Source of the DNA: a virus
Lineage: Duplodnaviria; Caudoviricetes
Virus record (IMG/VR): IMGVR_UViG_3300021387_000796
Coordinates: 96,001 to 160,000 of that record
Direction: 5' to 3' (one strand)
Length of the DNA stretch: 64,000 nt
Shown: positions 56,149 through 63,749 of the stretch, piece after piece
Layout of the letters: each line of letters begins with the position of its first letter
Numbering within the stretch: position 1 is the stretch's first letter
Program-made: the position numbers and the translations under genes
The notes under the pieces: model-generated
The model's database searches: none
Told to the model about the DNA's origin: nothing
The model's input: the letters and a program-made list of their open reading frames with translations, nothing else

Positions 56149-56169
56149 CAAATAAATAGTTAAAAAAAA

Positions 56170-56236
56170 AGAAAACCCTCGAAAATTAATGACTTTCGTG
56201 GGAGGTCGAGTGTGTCATTAACATCAAGGGTTTTCT
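56170..56236 (-). ncRNA. long hairpin with CCUCCCAC loop, also terminator-like
   Basis: AGAAAACCCT/AGGGTTTTCT and TTAATGAC/GTCATTAA stems followed by a U run. Confidence 0.5.
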
Positions 56237-56240
56237 AAGA

Positions 56241-56311
56241 TTCTCGAAAGGCGATTCGAACGTCTACGGAGGGAGTCAAATTCCCTAATGCTACCATTAC
56301 ATCATTCGAGA
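56241..56311 (-). tRNA. tRNA-Gln(UUG)
   Basis: TCTCGAA/TTCGAGA acceptor, AGGGA-ATTTGAC-TCCCT, TTCGAAT T loop. Confidence 0.85.
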
Positions 56312-56317
56312 ATGTAA

Positions 56318-56382
56318 GGAACTCAACATTTGAAATCATCGAGGGTGGGAGGGGAAATCGATAAATTCAAATGTTTCGTTCC
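56318..56382 (-). ncRNA. second long hairpin with CCUCCCAC loop
   Basis: GGAAC/GTTCC, AACATTTGAA/TTCAAATGTT and ATCGA/TCGAT stems. Confidence 0.5.
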
Positions 56383-56399
56383 AATAATAGTTCTATATT

Positions 56400-56745
56400 T
56401 AATACGAATCAGCCACCACGCTTTTTCGCAAAGAACCCAAAAATAATTATAGTGGAAATGCTTTGGTTTTACAATCCTCATAAGGAAACACCAAAGGCTT
56501 ACATTTCACTACTAGAAGGTTTCCATCTTGTTCACCGTAAATATATTTTCGGTAGGATAGATTGGGTTGCCTACAAACTCTAAAAATTCCCACGCAACGT
56601 TCTCGTTTTAGGTGGCTGAACACTTGCGATTTCTTAACGATAACCACCGAGAAAGGTGACGGCATCACAACACTTTACCCCTTTATACGCCACTTATGGA
56701 CTAGCGTTTCCTTTCTCTTAGTCTCTCCCAACGAATTATTATTTC
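56400..56745 (-). ncRNA. candidate structured ncRNA (about 340 nt)
   Basis: nested stems TCAGCCACC/GGTGGCTGA, AACCCAA/TTGGGTT, CTTTGGT/ACCAAAG. Confidence 0.55.
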
Positions 56746-56756
56746 GCTGATAGTAG

Positions 56757-56839
56757 TAGGAGCGAAGGGAGTTGAACCCTTATCCACCAATTACTCGAAT
56801 TATAACGGACGGTTTATAAGACCGCTGAGATACGCTCCT
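56757..56839 (-). tRNA. atypical D-armless tRNA with a UAU (Ile) anticodon and long variable region
   Basis: AGGAGCG/CGCTCCT acceptor, GCGGT-CTTATAA-ACCGT, AAGGG-TTCAACT-CCCTT; only 7 nt between acceptor and anticodon stems. Confidence 0.7.
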
Positions 56840-56848
56840 ATATAAAAA

Positions 56849-56922
56849 TGATGCTAGGAAGAATCGAACTTCCGACTTTCTGCTTAGAAGGCAGATATTC
56901 TATCCAACTGAATTATAGCACC
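56849..56922 (-). tRNA. tRNA-Arg(UCU)
   Basis: full cloverleaf, TCTGC-CTTCTAA-GCAGA. Confidence 0.92.
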
Positions 56923-56929
56923 TAAATAG

Positions 56930-57017
56930 TACCGAAGATGGGATTTGAACCCATACGTCTTTTTTCAAAAACTACGAATTTTAAGTCCGTTGCGTATTCC
57001 GATTTCGCCACTTCGGC
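56930..57017 (-). tRNA. tRNA-Leu(UAA)
   Basis: GCCGAAG/CTTCGGT, ACGGA-CTTAAAA-TTCGT, long variable arm. Confidence 0.9.
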
Positions 57018-57039
57018 TTGTTTTTTTTTATCTTGATAA

Positions 57040-57068
57040 ACTATATCATAAAAAATAAAATTTGTCAA
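57040..57068 (-). promoter_or_regulatory. sigma70-like promoter of the tRNA cluster
   Basis: TTGACA-N17-TATAGT. Confidence 0.7.
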
Positions 57069-57077
57069 GAAAACTTT

Positions 57078-57605
57078 CGCTTTTCAATCAAGGAACTTTG
57101 TCTTTAACCCAAACAGACTTGATTTACTCGACTTGCGGATTTGTTTTAATAATGTTCAAACAATACCACCCAAAAACACTCTTGTATGGAGCATAGATTG
57201 ATTGAAAATCTACCTACTGATTAATCGTCAGTTGTTCTACCGTTGAACTAATGCTCCAAAAAATTGTGGGTTATACTCATTTTTCACTACAAGGTCTAGT
57301 TCTAATGATAGATTCGGATAAATGCGAAGAAGGTCTAGTTCTAATGATTGAACTAGAAAAAGGCAAAATTTCTTCGCAAACCAAATCATATCAATCCCAC
57401 TTCCAACCTTTTCTTGATGATTTCCGTGTGGGGAAACCACTCATCAAGCGTGTTTCGTATTCGGCAAAGAGAGACTTGAACTCTCAATCCTTTCGGAACT
57501 AGATTTTGAGTCTAGCGTGTTTGCCATTCCACCATTTGCCGAAGACTTGTTTTTGTTCAACGAACTCCGCAAGTCAATAATCACATCAATCGAATAACAT
57601 TTAAT
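57078..57605 (-). ncRNA. large pseudoknotted ncRNA enclosing tRNA-Leu(CAA); ROOL/GOLLD-like or new
   Basis: many 6-11 bp long-range complementary pairs; own promoter at 57612-57640. Confidence 0.65.
57461..57541 (-). tRNA. tRNA-Leu(CAA)
   Basis: CGGCAAA/TTTGCCG, CTAGA-CTCAAAA-TCTAG, GAGAG-TTCAAGT-CTCTC. Confidence 0.9.
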
Positions 57606-57636
57606 AATCAAATATTATCATAAAACAAATAAAATG

Positions 57637-58941
57637 TCAATCATTTTCTTCTTTTTCTTCAAATTTTTGACAATAAATTTGTAAACTTAACACATTAATT
57701 GCATCTATAAAAAAACTAGGAACTAATAAAAATATCAATTGTATTATATTAGCACTAATTCCCATTATTGCTCCAATTAAATCACATAATGATTTTGCCC
57801 TATCAGTCTTATTCTCAACTTTTTCTACAGAAACTCCGCTTTCCGCATAGTCCATCAATTTGGAATTAATTTCTTTATTGCGATTATTTAATTCTTCAAT
57901 TCTAATATTATTATCAGAAATTTTCTGTTGAGCAGTTGCAGTGATGCGACCTTCAATAATAACATTTTGTTTTTTCTCATTATCCCAAGCAAGAACATAT
58001 TGTGTCTGTTGAAATTTAATATCTTCATTCAATAATTCAATCTGCTTTTTGTTTTCGTTCAATTCATCTTTAAGCAAATCAAATGAAAGTTTCTTTCCCT
58101 CATTCACATTATAAGTTTTTTCTATAACATAATGACTGTCTTTATATTTTGTATAGTTTACATCGATTGAACTCAACATACTAAATCCAATAGTGCAAAT
58201 TGTTGTAAATCCAAATATAAATGCACTCAACTTGTGATTATTTCTCCACGCCTTGCGAGTCATTTGCGACCCTACTAAACCAAATGTGAGCATAGCGGTA
58301 GAAATAGCATAAGCAACAAATTTAGTCTGTAATCGCTGAAGATAGGTTCCTGTAAAATAAATGGAAAGAATGGAACAAACAATCATCAAAGCAATCATCA
58401 GTTTTGGATATACGAATTCAAACAAATTGAATTCATTCTTTTCTTTTTCAACCTTTGGTTTTTCTTCGACCTTTTTAGTTTCAACCACACTTTCTACTTT
58501 CTTTGGTTCGATGACTGTTTCAATTTTTGGTACAACAGTCTTTTCAACTTCCTTAGATTCTGCAACTTTTTCTACAGTCTTAGGTTTAAGAATTTCTTTG
58601 GTCTTTTCCGCCGACTGAATAGGATTTTTCACACGCTTAATTGGCGTAGGTTTAGAAACGACCGTTGGTTTTGTAGTCTGTGTTGAACTTGATGTGGAGG
58701 TAAATTCCTTCTCTTTCTTTACATTTAATGCTTTCTTCACAAGTCTTTCGCTCTGTTTAGAAAGTGTATAATCATAACCACCATTAGTGTTCTTCTTAGC
58801 ATTGTAAGTTTCAGAAGTCATAGACTTAAACTCATCGTAAGGAATCAATACTCCATCAGAAGTAAGGATTTCACCGTTCTTTGAATTTGGGAGATAGAAA
58901 TAAGTTACTCCTAAATTTTCATTCTTCCACTGTTTAATCAT
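57637..58941 (-). CDS. membrane protein with a low-complexity K/E/V/T linker, TM segments and a coiled coil
   Basis: three central TMs, coiled coil, C-terminal hydrophobic segment. Confidence 0.65.
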   Translation of the reverse strand: MIKQWKNENLGVTYFYLPNSKNGEILTSDGVLIPYDEFKSMTSETYNAKKNTNGGYDYTLSKQSERLVKKALNVKKEKEFTSTSSSTQTTKPTVVSKPTPIKRVKNPIQSAEKTKEILKPKTVEKVAESKEVEKTVVPKIETVIEPKKVESVVETKKVEEKPKVEKEKNEFNLFEFVYPKLMIALMIVCSILSIYFTGTYLQRLQTKFVAYAISTAMLTFGLVGSQMTRKAWRNNHKLSAFIFGFTTICTIGFSMLSSIDVNYTKYKDSHYVIEKTYNVNEGKKLSFDLLKDELNENKKQIELLNEDIKFQQTQYVLAWDNEKKQNVIIEGRITATAQQKISDNNIRIEELNNRNKEINSKLMDYAESGVSVEKVENKTDRAKSLCDLIGAIMGISANIIQLIFLLVPSFFIDAINVLSLQIYCQKFEEKEEND

Positions 58942-59038
58942 TTTTTATTTAACCTCATTATTAGTATAGCATATATAGTTTGATGTGTCAAGAAAAATTA
59001 TTAAAAAAATTAACTATTTGTTTCATATGGAGAAAAAT

Positions 59039-59446
59039 ATGACTAGACAAGAACAGAAGTATCTTAAAGAATGTAAAGAAAAACAATTTATTGAATCAAT
59101 TAAAGGTCAGAAAATTGACGGAAAAACTAAAGCCGAATTTCGTAAGACTGATACTTGGAAAAACTTTAGAAAATATATTCACGATAAATACAAGGTGGAT
59201 TATCTGACAAAAAGAAAACTTACTAAAACATGGAATTTACACCATGAACGATTTGACTCAAAGTTGTATTCTGATTTAGATGAAGAATTCTTTTTGCCAC
59301 TGAATAATCAGCAACATGATGTACTCCATGTGATTATCTCCGAAACAATTAAAGACCCTACTTATTTAGATAGACTTTGTGAATTAGTACATAAACACAT
59401 AGAACTCAATGATGGAAAAGATGTAAAAGATTTCCTTAAAGATTAA
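59039..59446 (+). CDS. HNH-type nuclease (AACTAT class)
   Basis: WKNFR...NLHH...LPLNNQQHDVLH. Confidence 0.55.
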   Translation: MTRQEQKYLKECKEKQFIESIKGQKIDGKTKAEFRKTDTWKNFRKYIHDKYKVDYLTKRKLTKTWNLHHERFDSKLYSDLDEEFFLPLNNQQHDVLHVIISETIKDPTYLDRLCELVHKHIELNDGKDVKDFLKD

Positions 59447-59973
59447 ATATATCTTCACTATAATTTTTAAGACTATCCATGATTATCTGTTTCGGCAAAA
59501 AGTTCCAACAGTAATATGAACTTGAAAAAGTAATTTTGTTGTCTACTTTTCCATTGTTTATAAACTTCATTCGTTCTTCAAACATTAGTAATTGTAAATC
59601 TTTATCTTTAAATATTTGCTTAGGTGCTGAATCATTCAACCACGTGTTGCTCATAATTAATGCAAATGGCTTATTAAAACTTAAAGCACGTTTAAATATA
59701 CCTCGCTTGTTTGTAAAAGGCGGATTGCTGATGATACAATCCCAATGTTCAGTAGGTTCATAAGTATAAAAATCCTTTCCTTCTAAAATATGACTATGAA
59801 TAACTTTATTTTTTCTCGAAATAAGTTTTACAAAATTACTTTCTTCCGTATCGAATGGACACCAAACCACCCAATCTTTTGGAATGTATTTTAATATAGG
59901 ATAGACCCCCCCCCATCGGAGTATAGCATTCATCATTAGAACCTTTAGAATATAAAATTGATTTCGAATTCAT
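59436..59973 (-). CDS. DNA adenine methyltransferase, frameshifted at a G9 tract (OFF as sequenced)
   Basis: NDECYTP|VYPILKY, WCPFD, ISNPPF; ATG59973 overlaps the tdk stop; G8 would restore the frame. Confidence 0.8.
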
Positions 59974-60539
59974 TATCTCTTTTCTCCAAAGAAGCACTTT
60001 CCACATACACATTCATATTTTACATCACCAACTTCAATCTGACTTTTCTTTGTACCCATGTAATATGAATAGTTTCCAAGCATAGAACCACACTTTGTAC
60101 ACACACCGTTCAGTTTTTCAATTTCATCACATAAAGGAAGAATCTGAATTGCTTCATCAAACATATGAGCATCAGAATCAGCAATAAGTCCTGCATAATA
60201 TACATCAGTATTTGTTTTACAAATCAACAAAGTTTCCAAGAAATTACGATTGTTTTTAATCATAAAAAATTCATCAATAAAAATAACATCGTATTTTTCT
60301 TTTATGATATCATTAATTGTGGTGTCGTTGAATTCTTTAATATAAATACATTCAATCTTCTTTTCATTAATAGCCTTGATTACTTTGGAATCATTTCTTG
60401 AATGTGTAATATATCCTCTATCATCTATATAAGGTCTGATGAATAAAATCTTCTTCTTTGCATAAGTACACTTAATTAAATCTCGAATTAAACTTTCGGA
60501 TTTTCCTGAATACATTGAGCCACAAAATAATTTAATCAT
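59973..60539 (-). CDS. tdk: thymidine kinase
   Basis: GSMYSGKS, FIDEFF, CTKC...EVG..YE.VC..C. Confidence 0.9.
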   Translation of the reverse strand: MIKLFCGSMYSGKSESLIRDLIKCTYAKKKILFIRPYIDDRGYITHSRNDSKVIKAINEKKIECIYIKEFNDTTINDIIKEKYDVIFIDEFFMIKNNRNFLETLLICKTNTDVYYAGLIADSDAHMFDEAIQILPLCDEIEKLNGVCTKCGSMLGNYSYYMGTKKSQIEVGDVKYECVCGKCFFGEKR

Positions 60540-61023
60540 TCTTTTTATTCTCCTTTAATTTTCTAAAATATTCACGATTTTCCAAGATTCTTTTGTGAAA
60601 AACAATATTCTCTTTTTCACAGATTATTTGATTCAATAAAAGTTCGGTGTTATGTCTGTACATATCTTTTTGTTCTAACTCATCTGTGAAAAAGTTATCA
60701 GACTCTTTAATCTTATAAAATTTACCATTCTTAAAATGATACAAACCCCAACCTAGCGGAACTTCATTTTCTTTTATGAAATCACCATTACAAACAAAAT
60801 AACGCTTTTCTCCAAACCACGCTTCCGTAGTACGAGAATATTTCTTTCTGTCAGCCAAGAAATCTGACCTACTCATTTTGATTTCATACAAAGTGCTTTT
60901 ACCGCTCGAATTAAAATCCAACACATCTGGTTTTTCAGGTATCCCTACCATTGATACCTCAAACAACGCTACAGATGAAACAAATCTTTCGGCAGTCTTT
61001 TTACAAAGTTCAAAATGCGTCAT
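60532..61023 (-). CDS. PD-(D/E)xK nuclease-like protein (MmcB-like)
   Basis: KPDVL...YEIKMSRSDFLAD..K, RYFV, P.GWGL. Confidence 0.65.
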   Translation of the reverse strand: MTHFELCKKTAERFVSSVALFEVSMVGIPEKPDVLDFNSSGKSTLYEIKMSRSDFLADRKKYSRTTEAWFGEKRYFVCNGDFIKENEVPLGWGLYHFKNGKFYKIKESDNFFTDELEQKDMYRHNTELLLNQIICEKENIVFHKRILENREYFRKLKENKKND

Positions 61024-61026
61024 ATA

Positions 61027-61407
61027 TTAATCCTTTATAAATAACTTTTTCTTTCCCTCAATAATCATGGAAGAGAGAATGTTTGTAAACAACTTGCACA
61101 AATAATTAAAATCATTCTTCAAAGTTTCAACATTGTTTCTATTAATTGATGTAAACTTACCTTTCTGATTAGCGTTAATTGTCATATAATATGAACCAAC
61201 TTCTTGTGGTAATTTTCCTATAAAATTTTCATATTCGCTTTCATTCCAAACAACAATCGACTGATTTAAAATATAAAGGATATTTGCACACTGTTTCAAA
61301 TTTATGTAGTTCTTTTTTGTTTCCATGTCAATCATAAACTTCAACAGAGCGATTGTATTTGGTGCGACTACTTCTAAAGTAGAATCTTTATTATAAAACA
61401 ATTTCAT
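61027..61407 (-). CDS. hypothetical protein
   Basis: AGGAG RBS. Confidence 0.55.
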   Translation of the reverse strand: MKLFYNKDSTLEVVAPNTIALLKFMIDMETKKNYINLKQCANILYILNQSIVVWNESEYENFIGKLPQEVGSYYMTINANQKGKFTSINRNNVETLKNDFNYLCKLFTNILSSMIIEGKKKLFIKD

Positions 61408-61412
61408 ATATA

Positions 61413-62024
61413 TTATCTCCTACATTTTACAAAATCGAAATAAATTTCATTAAATTTGTCAAAATATTTATTTGCTGAAATTGTCCAAAAATCATTTGAA
61501 GAATAATCTCCGTTTTTTATTTTTTTCAAATTTCCAACACCAACATTATACGATTTGATTAAATCGTCACTATTTTGAATTACAGAATATCTATCCCAAC
61601 ACATGCGGATGTATCCTAAAGATGTCATAATATTTATATCATATTTGTTTTTATCATTCAAGTCTTCAAAAGAAATTTTTTTATCATACCAATCATTAAA
61701 ATCTTTTAATGCCACTTTCGTTAGTTGCCCCATACCAACTGCATTTTTACTCGAAGTGCATTCATAACTAAATCCGCTTTCTATCGCAAAAAAAGATAAC
61801 GCAAATGCCAAATCAATATCATAATGCTTTGCCCAATAAGAAACCGTGGCATGAATTTCAATATAATTAACTTTTCCTTTACCATATTTTTTATGGTATT
61901 TGTTCATAGTATGAATTAATTCGTGACGATTATATTCTATTTTCTTAGAATTTCGATTCAGCAAGTTGGCAAATAAATTAAATGTCACAGTAAAAAATAC
62001 AATTAATAAAAATAACTTTTTCAT
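61413..62024 (-). CDS. lytic transglycosylase (SLT domain) with a signal peptide
   Basis: IESGF, AVGMGQL, SYNVG; N-terminal hydrophobic signal. Confidence 0.85.
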   Translation of the reverse strand: MKKLFLLIVFFTVTFNLFANLLNRNSKKIEYNRHELIHTMNKYHKKYGKGKVNYIEIHATVSYWAKHYDIDLAFALSFFAIESGFSYECTSSKNAVGMGQLTKVALKDFNDWYDKKISFEDLNDKNKYDINIMTSLGYIRMCWDRYSVIQNSDDLIKSYNVGVGNLKKIKNGDYSSNDFWTISANKYFDKFNEIYFDFVKCRR

Positions 62025-62106
62025 AAATAAATAGTACAACATTCTATATAATTTGTCAAGTAAAATTATTAAAATTTATAACTATTTAATAAAATGGAGG
62101 ATTTAT

Positions 62107-63049
62107 ATGAAAAAAATAATTATTTATGTTTGTATTTTAATAATATCTGTAACCATTAGTTTCTTTGTTGGAAAATTTGATTCTAAAAAAGATATTTCTC
62201 AATTACAAAACGAATTAATGATTGCCACTGATAAATTAACTAATGTTGAAAAAAGAAACGAAGAATTAATTCAATTAAATGAAGAACAAAAAGTTACAAT
62301 AGATGAACTAAATTTAGAAAATCAAAATTCCGCAAAACATATTAAATCGATTAAAGAAATAAACTCCTCCACTAAAGAAAAATTAAACAATCTTGAATCT
62401 TCCACGGATTCAACAATGAATTCTATAAATAAACTAAAAGAAAATAATAAAATATTGAGAGAATACTTTAATTTTGTGTCATCTATAACAAAGGAGGAAT
62501 AATATGAAAAAGTTTTTAATATTTGCAACAATCATTCTTTTATCAACAAAAGTTTACTGTGATGATTTTGTCAATCAAAAGTTGAACGAACAAGATGAAT
62601 TAATTGATGATATTGAATTACAAATTACAAACATGACCAATCTAATATCTTTGCTTAAATTAGATAATCTTGATATTAGTGAACATGCTGATGAATTAGA
62701 AAAAAGTAATAAAAATATGGCAAATGAAATTTCTTCTTTAAAAAACATAAACAATGAACTTCATGTCGCATTAACATCTAATAAAGAAGACACTCATGAA
62801 GTAATAAATATATTAGGTGATATGAACGAAGAGATTTCAAAAATAAGCAAACAAAAAGAATTAGCCGATAAATTTATTCGACTTGTTATACCCACAACGA
62901 CAATTCCTTTAATTGCGAGTGGAGCATATTTGTATTTTGCTACTGATGAAAAAAACTTGGGTAAACTAATGATGATGTGTGGTGGTGGATTATTAATTGG
63001 TGGGGAATTAGTTTGGAATGGTGGAAAGTTTATATTTAAGATTTGGTAG
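62107..63049 (+). CDS. two membrane-anchored coiled-coil proteins (62107-62502, 62504-63049), possible spanin-like pair
   Basis: TM/signal plus long coiled coil; TAACTAT at 62079; adjacent to lysis-type enzymes. Confidence 0.45.
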
Positions 63050-63056
63050 GTAATTT

Positions 63057-63719
63057 ATGGATTTAGATGAAAAAGGAATATACAAATACAATCAGAGAAA
63101 AAGAGAAATATCCCCTAATTATGTATGTTTTCCAAATAACATGGCTCAAGCGTGGGAAATTTTAAATCAATCGGAAAACTGTTGGAATAATGTATTAAAT
63201 TATCATACTGAATTTAAAAGTGTTGCTGATAAACTGACTTATTTTTTAAGATTTGAACCAATGATGCAAGAAATATACAAGTTTTACTTTCCTACGGAAT
63301 ATAAAAAATGGATGGAAGATAAAACTAAAGACCAATACCTATATTCTAATAATTCGTATCCTCCAAATGAGATTTTTAAAATCGTTTGTATAGGATTTAA
63401 TTTGTTTTTATCTATGAATAAAGGTGATGATTTTAAGGCGGTTTGTTATACAAAATCTATGAATTTGAATGAGATTAAAAAAGAAATTGATAATGGAAAA
63501 CCTGTGGTGACTTCGTTCAAATTAGGAAATATAGGTGGACACCTAATGACTGTAAAGGGATATGATAGGAGCAATTTATATGTTTATGACACTTATGGAT
63601 GCTCCTACTTGGAAAAATTTAAGAGTAAAAACAATGCAAAGATTTTGAGTTATAAAGAGTTCAATGAGTTGGCAAAACCTACTGATTCAGAGAGCAAGTT
63701 TTGCATATGTTTCTATTGA
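63057..63719 (+). CDS. C39-like cysteine peptidase (possible endolysin)
   Basis: YNQ..VCF, G.PVV, GHLMTVKGYD, VYDTYG. Confidence 0.65.
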   Translation: MDLDEKGIYKYNQRKREISPNYVCFPNNMAQAWEILNQSENCWNNVLNYHTEFKSVADKLTYFLRFEPMMQEIYKFYFPTEYKKWMEDKTKDQYLYSNNSYPPNEIFKIVCIGFNLFLSMNKGDDFKAVCYTKSMNLNEIKKEIDNGKPVVTSFKLGNIGGHLMTVKGYDRSNLYVYDTYGCSYLEKFKSKNNAKILSYKEFNELAKPTDSESKFCICFY

Positions 63720-63749
63720 TAACTATTTTCTTATATAGGAGAATAATTT

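Noticed and set aside
56400-56745. RNase P RNA, tmRNA or group I intron
   Set aside because: GGAAA..AGTCC and GAGACTA only partly resemble the signatures; no matching 3' conserved region, tRNA-like ends or interrupted gene is evident.
57291-57348. 19-nt direct repeat as a mini CRISPR array
   Set aside because: Only two copies with a 20-nt gap, embedded in base-paired ncRNA, and no cas genes.
56371-57502. Short ORFs in the tRNA region (56371, 56447, 56562, 57237, 57251)
   Set aside because: No RBS, atypical composition, and they overlap tRNA or structured RNA.
180-62531. Many antisense or overlapping F/I/S-rich ORFs in the ORF track
   Set aside because: Shadow frames of AT-rich genes, without RBSs.
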